A stretch of 64,000 nt of DNA from the human T2T-CHM13v2.0 reference genome, Homo sapiens: assembly GCF_009914755.1 (NCBI RefSeq), contig NC_060925.1. One strand, written 5' to 3'. Of the stretch, positions 13,504 through 25,496 are shown piece by piece. The notes under the pieces are model-generated. The model saw only the letters and a list, made by a program, of their open reading frames with translations, did not search any database and was not told the DNA's origin. The stretch's first letter is position 1, and each line of letters starts with the position of its first letter. Position numbers and translations under genes: made by a program.

Positions 13504-13887
13504 TGACATGGTTTGGCTCTGTGTCCCCACCCAAATCTCATATTGAATTGTACCCCCATAATTCAATACATCAATTCATCTTGAATTGTATTCCCATAAT
13601 TCCCGTGTGTGGGAGATAACTGAATCATGGAGGCAGTTTCCCCCATACTGTTCTCATGGCAGTGAATAAGTCTCATGAGAGCTGATGGTTTGATAAGGGG
13701 AAACTTATTTCACGTGGCTCTCATTCTCTCTCTTGCCACCACCATGTAAGAAGTGCCTTTCACCTTCCACCGTAATTGTGAGGCCTCCCCAGCCACGTGG
13801 AACTGTAAGTCCAATAAACCTCTTTCTTTAGTAAATTGCCCAGTCTCAGGTATGTCTTTATCAGCAGCATGAAAACGGACTAATACA
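13504..13887 (+). mobile_element. THE1 (THE1B-like) MaLR solo LTR
   Basis: TGACATGGTTTGGCT...GGACTAATACA termini; perfect 5-bp TSD GTGCC at 13499-13503 and 13888-13892. Confidence 0.95.
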
Positions 13888-14035
13888 GTGCCCAAGATGT
13901 CATAGGACAAGTTCCCAAGAAAAGCTCAGAGGGTTAGGAGACTCTGAGCTCAGAGTGTAGAGGCCAAACAGCTAGAACCCTAAGGCCATATTAACAGAAG
14001 CATAGGCCCACTCATGGGAGGTGGCTATTTCTCTA

Positions 14036-14422
14036 GACTAGATGTTGAAACTCAAATGCCCAAGTGTCTAGCAGCACATAGAACACAGGAGTAAAGGGGC
14101 TGGTGTAAGGGGTTGGGAAGTCAGCACAGCTGGGCCTGGTCTGGATTATAAAAGGCTAGAGAGCGCAACTCTGCCCCCAATAGGGGCCACCTCTACTCAG
14201 CCAGCCAAGAGCTCTGTCTCATGGGAATGTGGTCCAGTGTGGCCCAATCTTCTTATTTTTGAGAGAAACCAGAAATCCAGATTTGTATGTGAATCTCTAG
14301 AATTTTAAACATTAAAAACAATTTCAAGTTATTTTCAACCATTATGCATGTCAATAGTGTGTGCTAAATAAAACGTATCTGGGGGCTTGATGAGGCCTCA
14401 GGCCATCAGTTTACAAACTCTA
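14036..14422. mobile_element. hAT-Charlie MITE, MER102-like
   Basis: AAACTCAAATGCC start; GGGAATGTGG..CCAGTGT; GAGAGAAACCAGAAATCCAGATTT; CAGTTTACAAACTC end. Confidence 0.65.
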
Positions 14423-14639
14423 CCCTGGACTGTGCTGCTCCAACACGTGATCCTTAGAGCCTCATGTTCTTTCTGCAGGCCCCACTTTAAGGCAAATAGG
14501 TGAGGCCCAGGACCCAGGGCCGACTCACCAGGGTGGAGAGGATCTGAAAGCTCGCCACGTGAGAAGTAGCTGAAGAAAATATTCCAGTGCTATTTGGGCT
14601 AGTGAAGAGGAGACACAGAGTTTGGGCAACTATGTTTTG

Positions 14640-15240
14640 GTTGTTGTTATTTTTTAAGACTTTTTGTTTTTAGATTCACAGCCAAGTTGAGAGGAAGGTA
14701 CAGAGATTTCCCATATGCCTTCTGCCCCACACATGCCTGGCCTCCCCCATTATCAATGCCCCCCACTAGAGCACCAGGAGACTCTGAGCTCAGTAAGTAC
14801 CCTGCAAATAGCTAAGAATGAAACAAACATTGTGCAAGGCAATGGTGAATGAATGGGTTAGTGAATCCTTGTGTTTACTTATCTTGTCCTCCCCAAAGCT
14901 AAGAGGGCTGGACCCAACTCCCTCTGCAGATGCTTTTCCTAGGACCCTCTCTCTGGGCACCTTTCTCCTCTGTTAGACCAGCATTCCTCTGTAACTCATT
15001 TGGTATAAAAGAATTTGTTACCATTGATGAACCTACAATGAAACATCATCACCACCCAGAGTCCACAGTCCATAGTTTGCATCATGGTTCTCTCTGGGTA
15101 TCCCCATTATAGTATCATACAGAGCATTTTCACTGCCCTAAAGATCTTCTATGCTCTACCTACTCATACCTTCCCACCCTTACCCCAAGAACCCCTGGCA
15201 AACACAAATCTTTTTACCATCTCCATAGTTTTGCCTGAGA
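14640..15240 (-). mobile_element. L1MC1-like 3' end, interrupted at 14772-15000
   Basis: TTTAGATTCACAG..GTACAGAGATTTCCCATA..CCCCAC.AGAG, resuming TGGTA..ATTTGTTAC.ATTGATGAACCTAC..CTCCATAGTTTTGCCT. Confidence 0.85.
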
Positions 15241-15358
15241 AACTATTTTTTAAACTAGAAAATTAGAGCATATGACCTCACCAAGTATGAATGTTCAGTT
15301 ATCTACGGCTGTGTAACAACGTACCCCAAAATTTAGTGGCCTAAAACTACACTGAGGG

Positions 15359-15578
15359 CACCTGGGCAACATAGCCAGCCTCCTTCCCATCTCTACAAAA
15401 AATAAAATAAAAAGCTAGGCTTGGTGGCACACGTCTGTAGTCCTAGCTACTCAGGAGGCTGAGGTGGGAGGATCACTTGAACCCAGGAGTTGGAGGTTAC
15501 AGTGAGCATGATCCTGCCACTGCACTCCAGCCTAGGTGAGAGAGTGAGACCCTTTCTCAAAAAAAAATGGGGAAAAAA
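15359..15578 (+). mobile_element. 5'-truncated AluJ-like
   Basis: starts at CCTGGGCAACATAG; TSD AAAACTACACTGAGGG 15343-15358 / AAACCTACACTAAGGG 15579-15594. Confidence 0.93.
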
Positions 15579-15594
15579 AAACCTACACTAAGGG

Positions 15595-15782
15595 GTGGGG
15601 GAATGGGGAATTGTTGTGTAATGGCTACAGAGTTTCTGTCTGGAATGATGAAAAAGTTCTGGAGGTGGATAGTGATGATGTTTATACAACAATGTGACTG
15701 TACCTAATGCCACTGACCTGCACACCTAAAAGTAGCTGAAATGGTTAATTGTATGTTGTCTATATTTTACCACGATAAAAAA
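15595..15782 (+). mobile_element. L1MB 3' end
   Basis: TAATGG.TACAGAGTTTCTG..GATGAAAAAGTTCTGGAG.TGGATAGTG..TAATGCCACTGA..TATATTTTACCAC. Confidence 0.9.
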
Positions 15783-16134
15783 GCAGTGAATTTTATTTTG
15801 TATAAGTTAATAAAGCTAATAAATATCTTCAAATTTAGATTATTCTAATATGGTTACACTAAACTTTACTTAGTATATTATCACTGACTATGCAATGGAA
15901 TATAATGACAGATCAACCAATTAATAGAAAAATATTTTCTCAGCCTAAAAAAAATGTCTACAGTGAGTTATTTTTTTCACAGTTGTGTGTATTGACCAGG
16001 GCTCTTCCATTCTCCTCCGTGTAACTTCTCAGCCTCTGCTAAGTTGGGTTTTTTCACAGCATGATGTGGCCTCAGGACAGGGAAAACTGCAAGGACTCTT
16101 AAGGCCTAGTTTCGAAGTCACATGACATCATTTC

Positions 16135-16687
16135 CACCAGAGTTCAGCCAGGGGAGCAGAATCCTGTGAGTGCTTTGAGATCCAGTATTTATTCTAGGAA
16201 TCAGACCTAGAATTTGCATAATTGAGGGAAGCTGCGGAAGCAAAGGTCCAGAAGATCAGATGGAGGCCCAGGGGAGGCACTAACCTGTCACTTGGAGAAG
16301 CCAAGCACACCCAACATCAAAGGAGGACCCTGAAACGGGTGCTGGCAGAGAGGGTTGTGAAGAGCCGGTGCCTCTGCATGGCTCCCACCTCCGTGTGTCT
16401 GCAGCCACATGCCTGGTGATGAGCATGAGCCGCCATTGGCCAACAGGGTAGGTAGCCAGGGAGAAGAGCTGGAGGCAAAGGGAGAAGAACGAGGACAAGC
16501 TGGGACCCACCAGGCATCTCTTCATCTGTCACTCCATCTGACTGTGGCGACCTCAGAGAGTGATGGCTGATGCTTCTCTCCCACCTTCCAATCCTGAGCA
16601 GCTTCCTCTTTGCCCAGCTCTAACCTGAGTCCACAAAGGAAAGCAGAATTGCAAATTAACCAAGTTGACTCATTGCAAACCACCACA
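16135..16687 (-). mobile_element. old ERVL-class LTR (family uncertain)
   Basis: terminal CCAAGTTGAC..AACCACCACA resembles an ERVL LTR start in antisense; CAGAGTTCAGCCAGGGGAGCAGAA at the other end. Confidence 0.45.
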
Positions 16688-16869
16688 GTGGGAGTACTTG
16701 TGGGACAACAAGACAGGAGATTTGAAATCAGGGCTGTCCTGACAACTGTGGCATGTATGCTCTCTGGATATGGCACGGAGTGGCAGGTAAGGAGACTCTA
16801 TCCTGTAGGGCAAACTCGTTTTCAGCAGCTCCAAAACAGAAGACCTAGGAAAGCCAATATGGGGTCTTA

Positions 16870-17025
16870 GAAAATAAGACAGATCTGGGTTTAATCCCAG
16901 CCCATCAGTTTACCAGCTGTGTGAGTTTGGACAAGTTGCCTAACCTCTCTGAACCTTAATTTCTCTATCTCTAAAATATGGCACAATAACCTCAGCTTCA
17001 TGGAGATGTGCCTGCTGTGGTGCCT
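16870..17025 (+). mobile_element. MIR
   Basis: AGACAGATCTGGGTT..CCAGCTGTGTGA..GGACAAGTT..AACCTCTCTGAACCT. Confidence 0.8.
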
Positions 17026-17429
17026 GGCTTCAGAGTTGGTACCCGGCTTCAGAGTTGGTACCCATTAGTCTCAATTTCCCTATCCCCCAACTCCAATGAG
17101 TGGGTGTGTCCAACATTGAGCTAGGCTGGGTGCACATTGGAGGAGCACAGTAAATATCTGTTTAATTGTGCAAGCTATAGGGAAGCATACTTTGGCTGAA
17201 CTACAGAAGGTCATAACCATCCAATTCTAGCAAGGGCTCCTTTGGAGTAAAGAGTTTCCCTTTGCAAGATGTATGCAAGAGTATTGGAAAACCAGTTGGA
17301 CCAGGTAAATTCTAAAGACTCCTATAGTTCCAATAAATTGACTCTACAGAAAAGCCAAATGAGTTTATGAAGAAGCATTTTCCCATTAATTTCAGAAATG
17401 TTCCATATTTATTATAAAATGCCCAGCAC

Positions 17430-18790
17430 CATTCACTGTTGGTGGGATTATAAATTGATGCAACCTTTCTGAAGGGCAATTTGGCATGATGTATCAAGAT
17501 TCTTAAAAATATCCACACCATTTGACCCTGAGGGAATTTGTCCTGAGGAAATAATCTGTAATGTGCCAGAGATATAAGTACGAGAATGTGCCTTGTTATT
17601 TATAATAGCAAAAAAGTGGAAATAATTGAACTGTCCAACAATAGAGGAATGATTAAATAAATTAGGATGCGGCCAAAAGATGGAAAGCCATGCTTCCATT
17701 AATCTTGTCTTTAAAAATACATCATGTATTTCCAAATGTAACATGGGGATTTTTCCCACAATTATCTTAGAAAACAGAAAATCTCTTTAAATTCAAATTC
17801 TTACAATGACTTTCCTATTAAGCATACTCTTTCTTAGTTACTTTATTTTAAACAACAAAGTACTGTTCGGGGAAATCACATTAGCCGTACCTGACCTCAA
17901 TCAATGCTAGTTGGGGATGTTTATAGGGGTTACCTGAGGGAACCGGCAAAAAGGAGGCAAAGGAATTTAAGAGATTTAGTAATTATTCTCAGGGTTACAA
18001 CCTCACAATTGCAAGTGTTGGCTGTCATTGTAAACAAGCCTTTAAAGGTCACCTTGAGAAGCAATCCAGTTAGCAGTTACGTTGTGGGTATCACGAATAC
18101 ACACTTATGGGACAAATGAAAAGACTGCCCTAATGTTATGCAAATAGGTACTCGTGGCTTAAAATACAATTGCCAGAGACAACATTGTACACAGATTTTA
18201 AAAGCATTGCATCTTAATCTCGAACAAGTTAGACAAAAGGGAAAATGGTGTGCTCCGGACAGCTATGTTGGGTAATTCATAAAAGCAGCCCCAGGGAAGA
18301 TGGAAGCACAGATGTCAAAGATGCTGACAGAGTTGGTGAAATGTGAAATGGAAAAATGAATCTTTCTAAATTTAACATATTTTATATGTGGTTTAAATGT
18401 CTATGTGTAACTGAATTTGTCAATTAAACATTGTCAGTTAGCATTTGATGATTTCAGCTCTACCCCTAAATATTTGTATACTCAAGTTGGCCCCAAAACT
18501 TTTAATTAAATCTTCCAGATGGGAAAATTGGGCCCTTATATGCTTGGCTACCAGATATTTGGGCCCATATAATACATAGCTGTGAGAGAAAACATCTATG
18601 AAATAATGTTAAGTAGAAAACACAAATTACAAATGTTATGGTGTGATTCTGTTTAAATACACACACACACACACACACACAAGCACACACACACACACAA
18701 GCACACAAAAAAAGTGAACATAGAAAAAAGACTAGAAAGAACTGTACCAAAATGTTAACAATGATTATGTATGAGTAGTGAGATTATGAG
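17430..18790 (+). mobile_element. L1ME 3' region split by a DNA transposon
   Basis: CTGTTGGTGGGA..CCTTTCTG.AGGGCAATTTGGCA..TTTATAATAGCAAAAA (17430-17720); resumes ~18580 with TAATGTTAAGT..CCAAAATGTTAACA. Confidence 0.75.
17724..18577 (+). mobile_element. Tc1/mariner pogo-Tc2 (Kanga-like) DNA transposon fossil with DDE transposase C-terminal remnant
   Basis: ORF 17904-18119 LVGDVYRGYL..DLVIILRVTTSQLQVLAVIVNKPLK resembles the pogo/POGK motif D.FRGH..VIIPGGLTSQLQVLDV.V.KP; AT-rich; short ATGTATT/AATACAT terminal remnant. Confidence 0.75.
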
Positions 18791-19084
18791 ATACATAATG
18801 CTTTTTACAGGAGGAGGGTTAAAAGTACATTAATGTTTTAACCAGGGAAAATAATTTTTAAAGGCTTTTATAAAAGTGATTTCTTTCTTAGATTGTCCCT
18901 TAAACCCTAAGAAAAGCTTTTGTCCCTTTTTATTCCTTAAATCTTCTGAGAATATGGTGGGGGTGGGGGTGATTTTGATAGAAATATATGTATTGATATA
19001 AGATGTACCTGACACAATAATGGGGGGGGGGGAAGAACAGTACTAAGCAATGTCAATAATATGTTTGTGGTATGATTCTTCTCT

Positions 19085-19225
19085 GAAAGAAGAGAAAGGG
19101 GAAGAGAGAAAGAAAGCAAGAGAAGGAGGGAAAGAGAGAGGGAGAGAAAGGAGGAAGGAGGGAGGGAAAAGAGGAAGGAGGGAGGGAAAGAAGGAAGGAG
19201 GGAGGGAAAGAAGGAGGGACAGAAG
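19085..19225. repeat. GA-rich polypurine tract
   Basis: directly visible. Confidence 0.9.
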
Positions 19226-19659
19226 CATGGTGATTGCATATGACATATGTTTGCACACATGTAAGGGTAGGTCTGAAGGGAATGCATCAAACTGCCAACA
19301 GCCCCCCAGGGTGGAGGAATCTATACCCTTCTGTAGCGTTCATTTTTTTTCATTTGTGCAGTACATGTTTATAATAGGATGTAATTGACTTTTTGCTGAT
19401 TCTACTGAAACGGGGAAATGCTGAGGGCAAGGCCCATCCGTTTGCTGCGGCTTCACTGCTCTGCAAATGAAAAAAATGTTTTTCTAATTACCCAATATTT
19501 TCTAGCCAACCCCCAAGCCTGTGGGGTATGAAGGAGTTTACGATCACAGCAACAAGCAGCATTCCTCTGGCTATAACTTCCATGTGCTGCTGCAGGACTT
19601 CCAGTCTCTAAGAGGACACAGAGACACAACTGAGCATGAAGAGCTGTTCACTGAGGGTT

Positions 19660-19810
19660 TTCTACATCCCAGGCACTTTGCCAAGTGCTTTCGCATGCAT
19701 TCGCTTGTTAATCCTGAGTGCAATCTTCTATCCACTTTACAGGTGAAGAGACTGAGGCATTGAGAGGATAGGGATACACAGCTGGTCAGAGACAGAGCTC
19801 AGTGAGACTG
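19660..19810 (-). mobile_element. MIR
   Basis: CCAGGCACTTTGCCAAGTGCTTT..TAATCCT..TTTACAGGTGAAGAGACTGAGGC. Confidence 0.8.
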
Positions 19811-20971
19811 ACCCCAGACAGCCTGGGCACCCCATGGGCGACTCACATGTGCCCATAAACACACCCTCTCGGCTGCCACCTTACAGCTGACATTTGCCAC
19901 CTTTCCTGATCTGAATCCATCAGTGAGAGCTGACGCCACAGCCTCTGCTGCCCATGCTCCTGTGGCCATGGCCAGTACCCACTACAAAGGGCACAGATAT
20001 GGGGGCCGAGAATGCTGCTGCCCCAGGCTCTCAAGGCTGCCAGCACCCTCTACCACCACTGGGTTGGGGTTTTATGACTGGAGTGCTACTGAGATTGAAT
20101 TGTTAGGATGACATCGAAGCCATTCCAGAATTCCCAAATCCTGCCTTGGCCCAGCTCCCTCCCTCCTCCTGAAAGGCCCTTAGGGAAAAGAGACATAACA
20201 AGGAAGACCCAGGGCCAGCACCTTCTTAGCTGGGCTCCAGTCCCAACCCCTAATACAAGCACACTGGGCTGGACCCACCCAGGACCCCTTTCCCTAAGCT
20301 AGGCTAAGTCACCCGCTTCCCAACCTGACCTCAGGCCTCACTACTATGAGACAAGACCTGGCTCCAGCACAAGCCCCACCCCCGCCCTGCCCTCAAGGAC
20401 CAGAGAGAAAGCAGCAGTGAGATGGGGGTAAAGGAGAGTGCCCCCACTCCACCCCCGCAAGACCTACTAGTTGGGAGAGTGGAGGGAAAAGAAACACAGG
20501 CAGAGAACTTGATCTTCCACTGGAAACAGCCCTGCCCAACACTCCATCCTATCTCCTGCAAGGGCTGCAAGAGAGAGGAGGGCACACCCACCAGCCCTAG
20601 CTGTGGCCTCCAGGGGCTCCTTCACTTAGGCAACAAGCATCCTTCCTCCTTTGGAGGTGGTGAGGGGGCACAGTTTCTTGCCATCAATGCTGACCCATCT
20701 TCAGGCAGAGTATGGTGGGCAACGGGGGAGAGGGGAGAGGTCTCCTTGAGTCCCACCTGAGCTGCCTCAGTGCCCCCCAGCTGCTGCAGGTGAGGGCCTG
20801 TCACCATCAAGCCATCAGTGGGACAAAAAACTTGGGCCCTCAACCCACCAGCACTGCTCTGCATTCTCTGAAGCCCTGGAGATAAGCTGGGGACCATGGC
20901 CCCCACACTCTCAGACACAGATGACACAAGTGGGACCATTCTGAGCCTAAGAGATTTTACCAAAAATACCT

Positions 20972-21337
20972 CAATATGGTTTGGCTACGTCCCCACCCAA
21001 ATCTTATCTTGAATTGTAATCGCCGTAATCCCCACGTGTTGAGGGAGGGATCCAGTGGAAGGTGATTAGGTCATGGAGGTGGTTTTCCCCATGCTGTTCT
21101 CATGATAGTGAGGGAGTTTTCACAAGATCTGATGGTTTTATAAGCCAGTTTCCCCTGCTCTTGCTAGCTCTCTCGTCTGCCACCATGTAAGACATGCCTC
21201 TTCCCCTTCCACCATGATTGTAAGTTTCCTGAGGCCACTCCAGCCATACGGAAATGTAAGTCAACTAAACCTCTTTTCTTTATAAATTACCCAGTCTTGG
21301 GTACGTCTTTATAGCAGTGTGAAAACAGACTAATACA
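20972..21337 (+). mobile_element. THE1D/MSTA-like MaLR solo LTR
   Basis: ATATGGTTTGGCT..CCCACCCAAATC; CATGATTGTAAGTTTCCTGAGGCC; AAATTACCCAGTC..GACTAATACA. Confidence 0.93.
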
Positions 21338-24300
21338 CATTTCCTTGTTTCTCCTTGCAGTCCTCTCCCCCATCACTTTCCAAGGACTCAGGCAGGAACT
21401 CAGGTGAGCACCCAGAATTGCCTCTCCCCTAAGAGCAAGCTGGCAGACCCCACTCTCCCCTCCCTTGGGATGCTTTCCCACCCTAGTGATGTCTCCAGAT
21501 TCCCTCCAGCCAGCCCTCCGCCCCTCCATTCCCCCAGCCCTTGCCTGAACATGCCCAATCTCAGGTTAGCTCAGGGTAGAAAGAGCCCTCCCCTGCTCAT
21601 CCCCATCTTCATCTCCACCTCCCTTTACTCACACAAGCTTAGAAGATAACAGCTGTCCACCAAACCTCCATCAGAGAGAGGTCCCGTCTCACTCAACTTG
21701 TCCCTGAATTGGCAGAGGTGTGACTGGCTTCCCAATGTCATAAGAAAAGGTCAGAGAAATCCACAGTAGTGTGCCTCAAGGGAAGCAGAGTTCCCAGGGG
21801 CTGGGGCTTCAGATCTGTGACCCCCTTTGGAAATAGGAGAAAGACCTAAGAACTTCTGGAAACCAACATCCATTTCTCATCTCAGATTTTATCTCCTCCT
21901 TGGTCTTCCTTTTGATCTTATTTTCAAGCCAGAGATGAGCATTTCCACATTGACTCCAGCTGATTATAACTGACTCCGAACCTTTCTAGTGATTAAAGTA
22001 GCTGTGAGGCTATGTTCTCCAGAGATCTGTACTGCAGGTTGAATAATTCAAGGCAGCCTTTCCAAAAGGCTGAGAGATCTGGGACAAAAAAAAATCACAG
22101 AAAAGAAAAGTTTTTTTTGTTTTTTTTTTTAAGAAAAAAGTAATTTCCCCCATGCTGGCTACACAATAAGCACTTGATAAACATTGGTTAATTCTGATTG
22201 ATGTAAACACTGGGACAGAAATCAAATAGAGAGACTGGCAGTGACTGGGCAGGGCTGGGCTGGGGCAAGATACTGGATGCTTCCAGAGAGTGGAGCAGCT
22301 CAGGTGATCACCTCCTCTTTACCCACCGCTGGCTGATCTGCTTGGGAGCTTCTAGTGTTTTTCTGCATTGAAAGGAAGTTTGAGAAAACAGCAGAGGCAT
22401 GGGGTAAGATGGCATCTGTTGCCCTAGCTCAACCTGCTGGGCTGAGATTGAATTCAGTGGAGGGGGTAAAGCCCAGAAGATGAAGGAGCTGTTTTCACGA
22501 AAGACTGTGTGAGACTTTGGGCCCAGGCTGAGCTGCTTTGGTGCCCACACAGCCAGGTTTGACACAGGAGGAAGAAGGAGAGGTGGGCCTTCTCTCCACC
22601 CCAGCTCTGGTGCCCTGCGGCAGGGTCTAAGGGACATGGAGCAGGGATGAAGCAGAAGCAGGGCCAGCTGTGCCAGGCAGAGTGCCCAGGAAGTGGTCTT
22701 CACACTGAGAAGTGAGCCGCATAGCAGTGACCAATTGCCACCTGCAAATGACAGTGCACAGAGGGCTTCCCCAGGAAGAGCAGAGTTAAAGAAAAGGCAT
22801 AGATCGGAGAGCCTGCTGCCCCCAGCAACCCAACAGAGCAACCTTGTCCAGCCAGGGGAGACTTCAGGGGGAAGGGGAGCCCTCGCAAAAAGCAGATAGA
22901 GCTTGCTGCTCTTACAATCAAAGACTAATAATATGGTGGCTGTGTTCCCCAGCTGGTACAGTCTGGATGGTTCGGGTTCTAGAACCTCCTCCACATGATT
23001 GATCTGATGTTTGGCATCTCTATCTCATGGGAAACCCTATGCTAAGAAGGCTCTGGAATCTTCCCATCCAACCCCTCATCTTGTAGAAACTGAAGCCCCG
23101 AGAGTTTAGGCTGCCCAAGGTCACACAGCTAGTTAGCTAGAGAGGAGTGAGAGCCAGGATCCCTCATGCCCAGTTCCCAGGATTGTGTGTGTGTGTGTTG
23201 GGGGCTGGGGGTGGCAGGGGAGGAGAAACAGAGAGAGGTTGGGATCTGGGCCCATTGCATGAGACCACGAAACCATGCCAACACCTGTGCCAGCGACTCT
23301 GTCCACTGTGTTGTCAGCACCTCATGGAGCTGGAATCCCAGCTGCTGCTGCCACCTCCCCAAGGTTGCACAGTCAGCATCCACAGAGCCAATTCATCTAC
23401 CTGTGGTTTAATGAGCATCCGATGCTATGACCAGGGACCTGGAGCCCAGAAAAATTCCAATTTCAAGCCCACTGTTTATAGTTAATTAGCATCACAACCC
23501 CACACCCTGGAGAGTCCAGGGGCACAGGAGCCACAGAGGCTGTGGCTTAGGGTGGCTCCCCAAACATAAGCCCTGACTCTAGGGGCACAGAGTCTCAGTG
23601 TTCAAACACCGGAAATGTCTCCAGTCATGGAAAATGAGCAAATAATGAGCAAATGCAATCTAATGTTGATCCAGAATGAGAGAAGTCCCAGCTTCTCTAG
23701 GCAGGACAGATCTTCAGGGAATGACGTACCCTCTGCTTCCAGACCTCCTCCTCCAAAACCACTTCAGGTTGGTGAATAAGACTTTATGAACTCAGGAAGA
23801 GCCCAGATAGAGGGGTTCAGATAGGTGAGCTATGCCACACCTACTGGGTTCTGTCCAGCCCCGTTTCCAGCTGCACCGATGAGTCCCTTCCCTGAGGACT
23901 GTGGGAAACTGGAGGTGGAGCGAGGTGGAGATCAAGTCCCACTGGGCAACTGGAGCTCAGAAACTGTGGGATGGGGCCTCTTCCACCCACCCTGTGGACC
24001 ACAGAAGCAAAGGACTTCTAGCTTCAGAGAAAGCAGCATGAAGCGGAAGGAACAAAGGTGAGTTCAGGGAAATCCCAAATCAGACTCACTGTCATGCCCC
24101 TTGCTTGTCCTCTGGGGCTCACAGGCCCCTTTGCTCTGTTTCTGCTAAGTTGTTTCTCTTCTAGTTTGAACACTCAGGTTCTTCAACTGCCCTTTCCTGG
24201 GTATGATTCGGAAGGCCACCCTCATGTGAAACAGCCCCCACTGTGTCTCTGGGCCCTTTGGAGTACAGCATTGGAACACAGCCAGACGCACTGAGCTCAA

Positions 24301-24559
24301 GAGCTAGGAGTGGCCTGTGACAAGAACGGGGGACTGGCACCTTGCTGCTTCTCTGTTTATGAGAGGTCCCTCTGCCTGGGGGCAGCCACATCACTCGGCT
24401 GGATCACACAAAGGTCACGGTCTACTAGGACCCCTGTGTTTTTTCACGGTTGTTTTAGTAAAGCCACATTTTTCTCACATTCCTTCATTTCACTTTGGCG
24501 GGTCTCTCGGGATGCTGCCTTCTCATTGCCTGTTCCTCTCCATCATCTCCCTCCCCTTC

Positions 24560-25430
24560 TTCCCGTGGGGTCCCTGCCTTCACTCTGCCTCCTGGCACAC
24601 CACACTGAAGCCAGGGTGTGCTGTCTAAAACACAGATCTGGCCACCCTATGCCCCCAGGTGAACCCTTCTGTGGCTCCCTGGGCCTATCAGAGAGTCAAA
24701 CTCCTGGGAATAGTGAGGGTCCCCCAGGCACTGCCTAGCCCCATCTCACCAGCCTGTCTCCCTCCTCCTCCTCCACACCTGGAAGACGACATCACACCAC
24801 ACCACCAGCACTTGTTCTCCTAGTGGTGCCACACTTTGGGGCACACTGCTCCTTCCTCATGGCAGGTGGCTTGGGAGTCAGACAGATGGGGTTGGAATCT
24901 GAATTCTGCCAACTAGTGGTCTATAACCTGGAGAAACCCCATTCCCTCCCTGGGCTTCTGTTGTTACCCCATCATAAATGGGTAATAAAAGTACCCACTT
25001 TGCAGCACAGAGAAGAAGATTTGAAATAACTTGGGTCAATCATCAAGCATATGCCTTAAGTTACCCATAATGTACTTACTAGGACTCTATGCCCACATCC
25101 GTATTGCTAGAAAATTCCTATTCATATATCAAAACCTGGTTCAAGTGCCACCACATCCTTGAAGCCTTCTCGGATTCCTCACCCAGTCTCAGACTCCAAA
25201 AGAGCTCCTGCCTCTGACCTCACGGCCACTTCAACCTGCCTCTGATTGATTCCACGTACCCCACAGTGTCATCATCTGCATCTGGGTCTGACTCCCCAAA
25301 CTCATGTCTGAGCCCCGCCAAGGCAAGGACCAGGTCTGACTTCTCTCTCCTCAGTGCAAAGCCTGGCACACAGACAAAGTCCGTAGATGTTTATTTAATT
25401 GAATCATGTTGAATTATTCATACCTTATTG
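24560..25430 (+). mobile_element. L2 fragments with an embedded MIR (~24860-25030)
   Basis: CTAAAACACAGATCTG..; GAAGCCTTCTC; GGCAAGGACCAGGTCTG..GCCTGGCACACAG..ATGTTTATTTAATTGAAT L2 3' end. Confidence 0.6.
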
Positions 25431-25496
25431 AATTCTGTCACCCAGCATATTCCCCATCCCTCCCACCTTGTAGAAGTTGGAACTCCTCCTTCATCA

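Larger units (their letters stand above)
15292..16135 (-). mobile_element. old MLT1 (H/I-like) LTR split by Alu and L1MB
   Basis: CAGTTATCTA..GCTGTGTAACAA..TACCCCAAAATTTAGTGGC at 15295-15342, continuing at ~15958 with TTATTTT..CACAG. Confidence 0.6.

Noticed and set aside
22308-22994. Longest ORF in the track (228 aa, -)
   Set aside because: Non-ATG start, Leu/Ser/Pro-rich composition, no domain motif or clear splice structure; compatible with chance.
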